NCBI GenBank assembly: GCA_003161515.1
Contig: PMOH01000316.1
Span: forward strand, 1,210-65,209
Length of the DNA: 64,000 nt
DNA from: Deltaproteobacteria bacterium
GTDB taxonomy: Bacteria > Desulfobacterota > Binatia > Binatales > Binataceae
Direction of reading: 5' to 3'
Made by a program: the position numbers and the translations under genes. The notes under the pieces are model-generated. The model ran no database searches. It saw only the letters and a list, made by a program, of their open reading frames with translations, and was not told the DNA's origin. The number at the start of each line of letters is the position of its first letter. The first letter of the stretch is position 1. Shown in pieces: positions 1-8,923 of the stretch.

Positions 1-188
1 GATGTTGCCCATGACTCGATTCTCCTGTGATTTGGATTCGTCTCTCTAATAAAAGAGCCCGCAGAGCCGATTAAAGAGACCCTGCGGGCTATCCGCCGCA
101 CCACACATCCCCAGAAAGTTTAAGGCCGTTCGCCCCATTGCGAGACGGCCCGTTCCCGATTTCAGGGGAGTTAGAAACCGGTACGTCT

Positions 189-761
189 CTAGAGTCTAAT
201 CACGTTGCCCGATGGCGGCGGGAGCATCAGAGCGACCGCGCCCGCGAACCCGAGGGCTTTCTGACTCAGATCGAAAGTTGAGAAGCGCCCGTGTCCGATG
301 TGCGCCAGCTCGCGCATGAAGGCTTCCGCTTCGGGGTTCGCCTCGCCGATATAGAGCGTGTCGATAATGCCCGAGGTCTTGCGCGCGAGGCTCAAGGTGT
401 CCTCGGGATCGGCCACCGCGCCGTCTGACATGACGAGCGAATAGTCGGGCCTGCGAGTTACCAGAATGCGAAACGCGGTGCTCATGTGAGTGGTCCCGCC
501 GCTCCACAATTCGTCGGCTGATTTGAGTTCGCGAGCCGATGAATCGAATCCGATGATGCGGACCTTGCCGGAATATGGCGCGAGGGCCTGGCGCACGCAA
601 TCTTGACGGCGCATCCCACGTTCTGGCGTGGGTGATTCCATAGAGCCTGAGCAATCGGCGATTACCCAATCGCCACCGAGCGCGTCCGATAACACAAGCG
701 AATTGGCGTCACTGGATTGACGCGCGAGTCGTGAATTGTTCCTGAGAGTTAGGCTTGACAT
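189..761 (-). CDS. VWA (von Willebrand factor A) domain protein
   Basis: MIDAS motif DCSGSM, then GGT, MSDG and IDTLYIG. Start moved to ATG 761, which follows an AGGAG SD (ORF track gives 878). Confidence 0.8.
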   Translation of the reverse strand: MSSLTLRNNSRLARQSSDANSLVLSDALGGDWVIADCSGSMESPTPERGMRRQDCVRQALAPYSGKVRIIGFDSSARELKSADELWSGGTTHMSTAFRILVTRRPDYSLVMSDGAVADPEDTLSLARKTSGIIDTLYIGEANPEAEAFMRELAHIGHGRFSTFDLSQKALGFAGAVALMLPPPSGNVIRL

Positions 762-895
762 TGTGATTTCGATTCTCCTGATTCGGTTTGGGCGTTTTGT
801 CGTGACACAGAGTCTATATTGGAAAAAGCGTACCAAGCAGATTGTGCCGGCGCCGCATGGCATCCAAGATGCATACATACGGCGCCGGTTGCCCT

Positions 896-1216
896 TCAGG
901 AGTCTAGGAATCTTTGGGGCTTGTAGACTAGGTGACGTTGCGCGAGGGCAGCGACCAGAGACCGGAAAGCTAGGTCGGTGCGAAACCAGACTTGCGCGCC
1001 AGCAATCGGGCCAGCCGCGCGCAACGTGATTAGCGGTTCCTCGCGATGCTGACCTTTTGCGAAGCCTGAAAATTCAACGCGCGCAATCGAATCTCCTAAG
1101 TTGAGAGATAGTCCTGTGTAGGCGTCAAGTTGAGCCGACCATTCCGCATTGCACGGTGCTACTTGAAAGAGAACACCATGCGCGATCACTTTCAGCGCTA
1201 ATTCACTGGCAGTCAT
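896..1216 (-). CDS. hypothetical protein
   Basis: ATG overlaps the stop of the upstream gene (ATGA at 1216-1213). Confidence 0.55.
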   Translation of the reverse strand: MTASELALKVIAHGVLFQVAPCNAEWSAQLDAYTGLSLNLGDSIARVEFSGFAKGQHREEPLITLRAAGPIAGAQVWFRTDLAFRSLVAALAQRHLVYKPQRFLDS

Positions 1217-1467
1217 TTGAGTATGAAGACTCGCGCGAGCATCAGGACAGTTACAATCAAGGCAGACATCAGGAGGCAAAAGATTGTTGCGGCCTGTCCG
1301 TTCAATCCCATAGTCTCTTGATGGTCCAGAATCGCGCGATCGCTTGCGCTTAATTCACCGCGCAAGTCGTGCGAATGATAGCAAGGCCAGCATGTGAGCA
1401 AACCCTTGCCCTTGCGTCCGTTGCAGAACGGGCAGACTAGTGAATTTCGAATGAGCGGATAATCCAT
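1213..1467 (-). CDS. small zinc-finger protein with C-terminal transmembrane helix
   Basis: CPFC...CWPC and hydrophobic C-terminus; GGGAGA SD. Confidence 0.65.
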   Translation of the reverse strand: MDYPLIRNSLVCPFCNGRKGKGLLTCWPCYHSHDLRGELSASDRAILDHQETMGLNGQAATIFCLLMSALIVTVLMLARVFILK

Positions 1468-1589
1468 GATTCAATTCTCCCTGAATGAAAGTTTCGGGCA
1501 GACACATCAATAGAGAACGCGCGAGCTATTCCCGCGCGTCTCTATCGATAGTGTTTCGTCTCATTTCAGAGACTCATCAGTGCTTTTCG

Positions 1590-2264
1590 TTATGCGACTT
1601 TGTGTCCGTAAGCGTATCCGTTCCCATTCGCGCGCATGGTGTTCCAAGCGCGTTTGGCAGCATGCGAGCGACACGCGCACGTTACCGCGTCACCATTGCA
1701 AGATGACTGAGAGGCAGACTTGCGCGCGCTACTCTTAGATGACGCACGGTCAGACATTCCAGAATCCTTCCGCGCATTCTGATATTCCGCGCGGGCCCAC
1801 TGTGATGCGCGTTCTGACTGTTCCATCTTCTCGCGCAAGGCATCGAGTTTCGCGCTAGCGGCCTCGCGCGCGGCCTTCTCAGTAGCTTTCCGCAGTGCAT
1901 CCTGTTTTGCAGCGTCGGCGGCCTCTTGGGCTCGCTTTGCACGTTCTGCACGGACCTTTTCTTGCGCGGCCTTCTCCGCGGCCTTCACATCCGGAGCAAA
2001 TGCACGGTCGATTAGTTCAGCATCGACTAGCAGATACTTATCTGCGAGCGATTGCGCGAGTTTGACCGCGGACACCATTTCATCCTGAGTACATCCGTTC
2101 TCTATGGTCTTACGGCGCAAGTAAATGACCTTTTCGATTTTCGAGCATCGAGGACAGTTACGGTCAAACTTCCCTAGTTGAAACATGGTCGCGCAACCGG
2201 CTTTGTGATCCAGCGTGCTCCCTGCATTCGTTCCCGTGTCTGATTGATTCGTTGAAGTATCCAT
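1590..2264 (-). CDS. DUF2786-like domain, coiled-coil protein
   Basis: KIEKV..L....ENGCTQDEMVSAVKLAQSLADKY resembles DUF2786; Ala/Lys/Glu coiled coil; CAGGAGA SD. Confidence 0.65.
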   Translation of the reverse strand: MDTSTNQSDTGTNAGSTLDHKAGCATMFQLGKFDRNCPRCSKIEKVIYLRRKTIENGCTQDEMVSAVKLAQSLADKYLLVDAELIDRAFAPDVKAAEKAAQEKVRAERAKRAQEAADAAKQDALRKATEKAAREAASAKLDALREKMEQSERASQWARAEYQNARKDSGMSDRASSKSSARKSASQSSCNGDAVTCACRSHAAKRAWNTMRANGNGYAYGHKVA

Positions 2265-2418
2265 TTGATTCGTTCTCCTGTAGGCAATTTAGGCAGACAC
2301 TATCGATTGAGTTTTCAATCGTCGCTCGCATCTCACTGCAAGTGTTCCGTCTCGCCGGAGAATCAAGTCTTAGTTGATTTACTCTCTGTCCGAGCAAACA
2401 TGGTTATCGGTAATGTTC

Positions 2419-2447
2419 AAACTACAGACTAGTGCGTAATTTGTCAA
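2419..2447 (-). promoter_or_regulatory. sigma70-type promoter for the leftward early operon
   Basis: TTGACA-N17-TAGTTT on the minus strand, in an AT-rich context. Confidence 0.65.
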
Positions 2448-3057
2448 GCGACAATCTGCATTTATTTCGTTCTCTGTATGATTATCGAACGTATATAAGG
2501 CATATTTCTTTTTAATCAGTGCGTAGCATGTACATAGGGACTAGTCCGCAGTGCGCTACAGGCGCGATGTGAGCCCCTTCCCTTACTCTCTTACTATGAT
2601 CTCTCTTGTATCATCACAGATGCTTCATATGGGTATGATGCTATGAGATAGAGTTTCTATGCTCTTTCCTGTACGCACTAGTCGCCACGATAGAACGGAT
2701 TCGCATCCCTCGATACATAGAGCACATCTTGCGTTATTTTGTCGCTTCAAGGCCTAATTCAGTACTATCATGCCCGTAGCATTGTATTGAGAATACAACG
2801 TCACGCTTTCGGGATTGTCCTTTGTTTCATTGATGTTTATGCCGATTACTCCATTGCCGGGTGGGTGCCCTCGGCCAATGGCGTTTCCGTGCGGGCAGCG
2901 GCGTCCCCGCGTAACTGGGGTAAAATTTAGGGAAATTGGGAAGGAATTGCGAAAACCGGGAGGAGAAATTACAGAAAAATAATTACAGAATTTTGGAGAA
3001 CGTGGAATCCGGGGCTTGTTCTAAGGGTGGACGGGGGAGTAATTAGTTTTTCGTACC

Positions 3058-4185
3058 GTGGGTGATGAACAGATGAACAGATTGAAGCCAGAGAGAAGAG
3101 CGGAAGTGGAGCGGCGGCTGCGAGCTGGGGAAGGGGTTCGACAGATTGGGGCAGAGACGGGGGTGTCGAAAGAGACGGTGAGTCGGATCGCGGCAGAGAT
3201 GGGGATTAAGTTCGGGGGACCAGGGAGCAGACCTCGAGCAGGGGGCCGTGGGGTAGCGGTTCCCGGGCCGCGCGAGCCCCGAATTGAATTAGGGCTGACG
3301 CCAATTCAAACTGGAGACCCGATTGGGGAGACGATCGAAGCTTTCGAGAAGCGCGTGGGGGAGATAGACACAGAGTTGGCAAGCTTGGGGCCGCGGGTCG
3401 AGGTGCTGCAGGCCGAGGCAGCTCAGTTGAGGAAGGCGACGGAAGCGCTGTACGAGGTGTTTCACACGAAACCATCGTCGGGAGCTTCGGGGACGATACA
3501 CCCAGCGGAAAGAAAAGGTCATTGGGGAGACGGCGAGGTCTATCACCCGACGTACGGAGGCGGCGCAGCGAAGCGGACGACGACTACGTGGTGGATCCGG
3601 TATTACGCGGATGGAAAGCGAATTGCGGAAAACGCGCATACGCGCGACGAGGGAGTGGCGCGCGCGTTGGTGCAGTCGAGGGGATTGACCCGCAGCATCG
3701 GGCCGAACTTGCGACAGCGGATCGCGGAGAGGAACAGTTCCGGAAGGGTGGCCGAGCGGATTAAGGCTCCGGTCCTGAAAACCGATGAGGGGAAACCCTC
3801 CGCGGGTTCGAATCCCGCCCCTTCCGCCAAAATATCTGGGAATGGCGGGGCGCCACCGCCGGAAAAACGTGCAAGCACGGCCGGCGGCGTCGAAGCCGGC
3901 GCATCAAGCTCCGTCACCCTGTCGGCGTCGATCGCGCGCGAGATCTCGAGCAGCATGACGGCGCGCGTCAAACCGCCGATACAGCCTGCACGGCCGCGGC
4001 CCAAGCCAGCAGCGCCTCAACTGAGCGCCAGCTTACCGGAGGGTTCGCGGCTGAAATGGTCGGACAAGCAGAACAAGATGGTGATGACGGCGCCGGATGG
4101 GACCGAATTTGCGCCTGACCCCGGCCACGGCCCGAAAGAGGCGAACAATTGGAAGCCGCACTTCGATGGACTCCGGAATGCGTAG
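3058..4185 (+). CDS. mosaic protein: N-terminal HTH, coiled coil, integrase arm-type DNA-binding segment, low-complexity tail
   Basis: GEGVRQIGAETGVSKETVSRI HTH; GDGEVY...WWIRYYADGKRIAE segment; the ORF stays open through a tRNA. Confidence 0.6.
   Translation: MGDEQMNRLKPERRAEVERRLRAGEGVRQIGAETGVSKETVSRIAAEMGIKFGGPGSRPRAGGRGVAVPGPREPRIELGLTPIQTGDPIGETIEAFEKRVGEIDTELASLGPRVEVLQAEAAQLRKATEALYEVFHTKPSSGASGTIHPAERKGHWGDGEVYHPTYGGGAAKRTTTTWWIRYYADGKRIAENAHTRDEGVARALVQSRGLTRSIGPNLRQRIAERNSSGRVAERIKAPVLKTDEGKPSAGSNPAPSAKISGNGGAPPPEKRASTAGGVEAGASSSVTLSASIAREISSSMTARVKPPIQPARPRPKPAAPQLSASLPEGSRLKWSDKQNKMVMTAPDGTEFAPDPGHGPKEANNWKPHFDGLRNA
3742..3829 (+). tRNA. trnS: tRNA-Ser(TGA), possibly degenerate (C at position 33)
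   Basis: Acceptor stem GGAAGGG/CCCTTCC plus G-CCA; D arm GCCGAGCGGATTAAGGC; anticodon loop CCTGAAA; long variable arm GAGGGGAAACCCTC; T arm GCGGG-TTCGAAT-CCCGC. Confidence 0.85.
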
Positions 4186-4378
4186 CGAGATTCGTGTGGA
4201 TTGCGGTATTGAGGGTTGCGGGCGTCCATTCTATGCTTTGGATTTATGCAACAAACATTGGGCGCGCCCACGCGGTCAGCCTCATGTCCCTGCTCAGTAT
4301 TTTCTTCGCATCATGTGGTATTTGGGCCGGTGCGCCCGACATCTCAGTGTGCGTCGGCGGGCAGCATCAGGGCCGTAA
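4178..4378 (+). CDS. small C3H zinc-finger protein
   Basis: CGIEGCGRPFYALDLCNKH, a motif often found at HNH N-termini; overlaps the upstream stop. Confidence 0.5.
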   Translation: MRSEIRVDCGIEGCGRPFYALDLCNKHWARPRGQPHVPAQYFLRIMWYLGRCARHLSVRRRAASGP

Positions 4379-4485
4379 TTCATGGCAGCCGCTCGTATAT
4401 GTCTGTTCGAATTGGGATTCCAAACCGTAGTGCTCGCATTCGGGGAGCGCTTGGTGTATGACTCTCGAAACGGAGGACGGGTTTT

Positions 4486-5163
4486 ATGGACGGATTGACG
4501 GAAGGGCGCATTGTTCACCTCGCACGGCCGAACGAAGTCAAAGACCACTGCCTGGCGGCGATCGTTACTCGAGTGTTCGAACCGGGATTTGGACGTCCGG
4601 TGGGCTTCGACTCGCTGGGACGCGCGATCGATGCGCAGGGACGCCTGGTGCAGTTCGACTCAGCCGGCGTACCGCTGGCGCCTGGCTCGGCGGTGCCGGT
4701 TCTTCATCCCGCGCGCCAAGTCATGCCGAACGCGCCAGCCGCGGTCACGGATGACGACGCAGACTCGATTCGATTGCGTGTGCGTGATGGAGCCCCCGTC
4801 GACGAGCGCGTGATGGTTAATCTGCATGTGTTCAAAGACGGCGCGCAGCAATTCGTGACCGGCGGCGGTATCCAGCAGACGCTTCATGTGCGCGGCGTTT
4901 TCGAGGCTCCCGAAGGCGAGCTCCTGGAAAATACCTTCCACGATCCGCGCAACTGCCCGCGCCTGCACCCCGAGGTGATCGCCGAAAAAGCGGCCGCCAA
5001 AGAGCGCGACCGGCTCGCCAGGGAAAATCAGACCGACGACGAAGCGCGGCGGATTCGTGAGCTTCACGAGAGCGGCGAAGTCCAAGCCGGGCAGGCCGAA
5101 CAGGTCAAACTCGTCGGACAGGCCGACAATTCCGAGCGGAGCACCTTCGGGGAGCAGCATTAA
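4486..5163 (+). CDS. hypothetical phage protein
   Basis: GGAGG SD; GRIVH...AAIVTRV N-terminus typical of small phage proteins. Confidence 0.7.
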   Translation: MDGLTEGRIVHLARPNEVKDHCLAAIVTRVFEPGFGRPVGFDSLGRAIDAQGRLVQFDSAGVPLAPGSAVPVLHPARQVMPNAPAAVTDDDADSIRLRVRDGAPVDERVMVNLHVFKDGAQQFVTGGGIQQTLHVRGVFEAPEGELLENTFHDPRNCPRLHPEVIAEKAAAKERDRLARENQTDDEARRIRELHESGEVQAGQAEQVKLVGQADNSERSTFGEQH

Positions 5164-5168
5164 GCCAT

Positions 5169-5465
5169 ATGGGAAAGAAGAGCACGCTTGAGCATCCGGC
5201 CGTCGGCAGGCATCGCACGGGCAACGGCTATGCGGCCATCGCTTCATCTGCTGTTAAGGAGACGCGCGAGCGCTGCCAGCGCTACTTCGCCCACTGCGAA
5301 AAATGCGCGCGCTGTAAGAAGGCGGGGCCGGGTAAGCATTTCTGGAACAAGCGTTCTTGGATGTGCCCGGTCGGCTGGCTCCTCTTCATCGCCTGGTACG
5401 GCGAGCGCGAGTACGAGGCCGCGACTGCGATGGCCCGGCGGAAAATAGTATCTGCCAGTGATTGA
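5169..5465 (+). CDS. hypothetical Cys-rich protein
   Basis: HCEKCARC; tight operon spacing. Confidence 0.55.
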   Translation: MGKKSTLEHPAVGRHRTGNGYAAIASSAVKETRERCQRYFAHCEKCARCKKAGPGKHFWNKRSWMCPVGWLLFIAWYGEREYEAATAMARRKIVSASD

Positions 5466-5502
5466 CACTATGACCGACAGCGAGTAATAACTGTCGGTCA
5501 TA
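5462..5502 (+). promoter_or_regulatory. promoter overlapped by a 12-bp perfect inverted repeat (candidate operator)
   Basis: TTGACA-N17-TAATAA; TATGACCGACAG-N10-CTGTCGGTCATA ends at the ATG of the HTH gene. Confidence 0.6.
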
Positions 5503-5822
5503 TGAGCCAACTAACTCACTGTCCTAGCTGCGGCGACAAGATCATGCCGGACCCGGCTGACTTCAAGGAAACCCGCACCGCCGCCGGATTGACTCAGCGC
5601 GATATGGCCAAGCTGCTCGGCGTCAAGGCCAGCCACGTTGCTTATCTCGAGAGTGGCCTGCGCCATCCGAGCGGAGAACTGATCCTGAAGTTCAACGCTG
5701 TCCGCGACAAGCTCGCCGCGCGCACCGAGCGCAAGGCCGTGCGCACGCTGAAGCAAGTGCATAAACGAATGCAGCAACAGAATAAGCGGCGGCCGAAGTC
5801 TAAAGTCAAAAAGGCGGCTTAA
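5502..5822 (+). CDS. XRE-family HTH regulator with N-terminal CxxC
   Basis: RTAAGLTQRDMAKLLGVKASHVAYLESGLRHP. Confidence 0.85.
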   Translation: MSQLTHCPSCGDKIMPDPADFKETRTAAGLTQRDMAKLLGVKASHVAYLESGLRHPSGELILKFNAVRDKLAARTERKAVRTLKQVHKRMQQQNKRRPKSKVKKAA

Positions 5823-5825
5823 CTG

Positions 5826-6290
5826 ATGCCGACCGTGAACATCCCGCCTTGGCTGCGAAAACTCAAACAGAGCTGGTGGTTTCAACTGATCGTCCAGCCT
5901 TTCGTAGTCGCGGCGATGCCGGTCTTATATCTGTCGTCGAACGGGTTTGCTGACATCACATCTAACTCCATCAAGGCCGCCGCGATCGCCGGTGGATCGT
6001 CACTCTACTCCGCATACCAGAAGGGCTTTAACGACCCATCGTACAATCCATCGGGGACGGACAATCAGCAAATCGCCGAAGTCGTGAAAGCCGACGCCGC
6101 CAACTCGCCGGTTGCCGTCGTTCCAGTCTCATCGCCGCAAGTGCGCGAGCGGATTCGTGATGTGGTAGACTCGGGCGCTCCCGTGGCCGTGGTGACGCAA
6201 CCGACTCTCGCGCTGAGTGACGCGATGCAAAAAGCGAACGCGGATAGCAGCGTGCCGACAACCGCATCGATAGCGAATAAGCCATCGTGA
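5826..6290 (+). CDS. membrane protein, possible holin
   Basis: Two N-terminal hydrophobic segments followed by a soluble tail. Confidence 0.45.
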   Translation: MPTVNIPPWLRKLKQSWWFQLIVQPFVVAAMPVLYLSSNGFADITSNSIKAAAIAGGSSLYSAYQKGFNDPSYNPSGTDNQQIAEVVKADAANSPVAVVPVSSPQVRERIRDVVDSGAPVAVVTQPTLALSDAMQKANADSSVPTTASIANKPS

Positions 6291-6469
6291 GGCGAGTCGC
6301 GCTTATCGCGTTCTGGTTCCTCTACACAGTCGGCGGCGTCCCCGATAAGGCCGGTCCCTTCGCTTCTCCGATCCGCTGCCAGCATTTTATGGAAGCATTT
6401 CTCGCCAACGACCCAACTTACCAGATACTTGTTACCAAACTTCGTTTCTCGGACGGAGAGACAAAATGA
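6287..6469 (+). CDS. small hypothetical protein
   Basis: GTGA and ATGA overlaps on both sides. Confidence 0.55.
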   Translation: MRRVALIAFWFLYTVGGVPDKAGPFASPIRCQHFMEAFLANDPTYQILVTKLRFSDGETK

Positions 6470-6936
6470 CCCCGGAACAGCAGGAGAGGACGATGCAGAC
6501 ACCGCCGTACGAAGAGCGTTTCGATAACGAATACTGGCGCATCAAGTCGATCACGATAATATGGGCGTCCTTCTGGGTGATGGTATTCCTCCTGGGACTG
6601 CTAGTGATCGTATTCTTCAGCGGTTGCGCCACGATCGAGTTGGACTGCCCGACGACTGGGGGCGAGACCATCGCGGTTGGCGGTAGCACCGTCGGCAATC
6701 AGATCGTGGCGCTAGGTATCCTGGCGGCCCAAGGCGCGATGAAGTCGGGTGGCCTGGCGGCGCGTGAAGGAGCGACAGCGGCCGCCCCACCGCCGGTGAT
6801 GCACGTACACTATTCGTACGTTCCGATATTCGGATCCGACTATGTGTCATGCCAGGCGACGGGAGGCGGAGCGCCAGCGCCGATTCCCGTGGCGGTTATG
6901 AGCATGCCTGCGAACACGACGACGACGACTCACTGA
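6466..6936 (+). CDS. putative lipoprotein or membrane protein
   Basis: Hydrophobic stretch ending in the lipobox-like FFSG|C. Confidence 0.6.
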   Translation: MTPEQQERTMQTPPYEERFDNEYWRIKSITIIWASFWVMVFLLGLLVIVFFSGCATIELDCPTTGGETIAVGGSTVGNQIVALGILAAQGAMKSGGLAAREGATAAAPPPVMHVHYSYVPIFGSDYVSCQATGGGAPAPIPVAVMSMPANTTTTTH

Positions 6937-6943
6937 TAGTCGG

Positions 6944-7117
6944 GTGAAAAAGAAACCGAAGGCGCCGAAGAAGCTCACGGTTGCGCAACGGCTCGCTGCC
7001 CTTGAACGAGTAGCGCACGACCCGAAGGACGTAACAGACAGGTTCCTTAAAATAGAGAAGCGGATTGCTGCCCTCGATAACGGCTATCGCAACTCAGGTC
7101 TAGGATTAGGTCGATGA
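6944..7117 (+). CDS. small basic hypothetical protein (not in ORF track)
   Basis: GTG...TGA, 57 aa MKKKPKAPKKLTVAQRLAALE...; ATGA overlap with the next gene. Confidence 0.5.
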   Translation: MKKKPKAPKKLTVAQRLAALERVAHDPKDVTDRFLKIEKRIAALDNGYRNSGLGLGR

Positions 7118-7623
7118 TCATTGACATCGGCGACGCCATCGTGGTGCTCGGAGATTCCGCGCTAAGTTGGGCCATCAGCAAAATTACCGGGCCAGTTTCT
7201 CATATTGGCTTAGTAACGAAGGTTGTGCCGGTCGTCGAGGTCACGCAGGCGCTCGGCGACGGCATCAAGACTCTCACGCTGCCCGAGACGATGGCGACCG
7301 CGCGCTACGGCTACTGTCTGCACGACAACCTCTTCCCGCTGGCCGATCGCCAAAAAATGGTCGCTTGGGGCTTGAAGCAACTCGGAACTCCGTACGCATT
7401 TGCGGATCTGGCGCTCGAGGCCATCGACGCGCTCACCGGAAGCGAGAAGGCCAGCATTTTCTTCGATCAAGACGGCGCCGATATTTGCAGCCAGTATTTT
7501 TCGCTCGCGGCGATCCAAGTCGGGCGGTCTTGCGGTATCACGCCGCGCAAGGCGACTCCCTCGGACTGGCTTCATTATTCTCTGGCACAGACGAGCTGGT
7601 CGACGCAGCCGATCGCGAAGTAA
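7114..7623 (+). CDS. permuted papain-like NlpC/P60 enzyme (YiiX/YebB-like)
   Basis: GD...SHIGL (His) precedes LGTPY...ICSQY (Cys). Confidence 0.8.
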   Translation: MIIDIGDAIVVLGDSALSWAISKITGPVSHIGLVTKVVPVVEVTQALGDGIKTLTLPETMATARYGYCLHDNLFPLADRQKMVAWGLKQLGTPYAFADLALEAIDALTGSEKASIFFDQDGADICSQYFSLAAIQVGRSCGITPRKATPSDWLHYSLAQTSWSTQPIAK

Positions 7624-7633
7624 GGGAAAGCGG

Positions 7634-8920
7634 ATGAAGATCGTGTTCGTGACGACCTGTAAGAATCGTGCCGCCCATCTGGCCAGAACGCTGCCGAAGA
7701 ACTTGGAGGACAATCCTCGATCGACGTTCCTGGTTCTGGACTATGGCAGCCAAGATGATTTGACATCTGTGCTGATGCCTTACCGGGACTTCAAGTACGG
7801 ACGGCTAGTTGTCTATCATTATCCGACCGACGGACCGTTCCGCATGGCCCACGCGAAAAACATGGCGCACCGGCTCGGAATCTTGGAAGGCGCCGACGTC
7901 TTGGTAAACCTCGACGCGGATAACTACCTCGGCGCCGGGTTCGAAGACTTTGTCGCGGAGAGATTTGAGAGCGACACGTTTCTCTGGTCCGGGCTGGTGC
8001 AGGGTCTCGGCCGCAAAATGCGGGGGGTCAGCGGCCGGATCGCGGTGACGCCGCAGGCGTTTCTCAAAGCCGGCGGTTACGATGAGAAGAAGTACGACAC
8101 TTGGGGGCCTGACGATAAGGATTTCAATGCCCGACTCTGTCACTTGGGCTACCGGCCCGTCCAGATCGATCGAAACTATCTGGCGGCGATCCCGCATGGC
8201 GATGGCGTGCGTTTTAAGGAGTACCCCGAGGCGCGTGAGAACGCGTTAGGAGAAGAGGCGGAACTGCCGCCGCCGGAGACCGCGGTCGCCAACTTTGGAA
8301 AGTTTGGCATGGGCGAGGTTCTCGGGCCCGGTGGCGCCCTGCAACTCGGCCCGATACCGACGCGCATCTTCGGAATCGGGTTGCACAAGACCGCGACCAG
8401 CTCGCTGCACGCCGCTCTTCAAATCCTGGGTTACGAGAGCGCTCACTGGGAGTCGGGGGCTTGGGCCAAAAGCGTCTGGGATGAAGTGCGCGCGGGAGGG
8501 ATTGCTCCGACCTTGGAGAAGTTTTATGCGGCGTCGGACCTGCCGATTAGCATTCTCTACAAAGAGCTGGATCGCGCGTATCCGGGATCGAAGTTCATCC
8601 TGACGATTCGGAATGAAGCCGAATGGCTGCGCAGCGTGCGCGATCACTTTTCGTACAAGAATCCGTTTCGGTGGGAATGGGACGTCTACCCGTTCAGCAA
8701 CGTGATCCATCAGGCGATTTACGGGCGCAAGACCTTCGACTACCACACCTTCCGGGCGCGCTATCGTTGGCACAACGCGGAAGTGATCGAGCATTTCAAG
8801 AATCGGCCCGATGATTTACTGGTGATGCGCACGCCGGCGTGGACAGATCTCTGCCGGTTTCTCGGAAACCCGGTTCCGAGCGTCGACTACCCGAGAAAAT
8901 TCGTAACTAACGGAGGATAA
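7634..8920 (+). CDS. GT-A glycosyltransferase fused to a sulfotransferase
   Basis: N half: TTCKNR, LDYGSQD, NLDAD, GGYDE..WGPDDKD. C half: PAPS-binding IFGIGLHKTATSSL and SKFILTIR..EWLRS. Confidence 0.85.
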   Translation: MKIVFVTTCKNRAAHLARTLPKNLEDNPRSTFLVLDYGSQDDLTSVLMPYRDFKYGRLVVYHYPTDGPFRMAHAKNMAHRLGILEGADVLVNLDADNYLGAGFEDFVAERFESDTFLWSGLVQGLGRKMRGVSGRIAVTPQAFLKAGGYDEKKYDTWGPDDKDFNARLCHLGYRPVQIDRNYLAAIPHGDGVRFKEYPEARENALGEEAELPPPETAVANFGKFGMGEVLGPGGALQLGPIPTRIFGIGLHKTATSSLHAALQILGYESAHWESGAWAKSVWDEVRAGGIAPTLEKFYAASDLPISILYKELDRAYPGSKFILTIRNEAEWLRSVRDHFSYKNPFRWEWDVYPFSNVIHQAIYGRKTFDYHTFRARYRWHNAEVIEHFKNRPDDLLVMRTPAWTDLCRFLGNPVPSVDYPRKFVTNGG

Positions 8921-8923
8921 CCA

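Noticed and set aside
3776..3778. Opal suppressor or selenocysteine tRNA
   Set aside because: Anticodon TGA reads the Ser codon UCA; reading UGA would need anticodon TCA.
7400..7633. N-terminal extensions in the ORF track (also 17220, 17800, 11507, 60681)
   Set aside because: They overlap genuine upstream genes; downstream starts have SDs or coupling and match domain boundaries.
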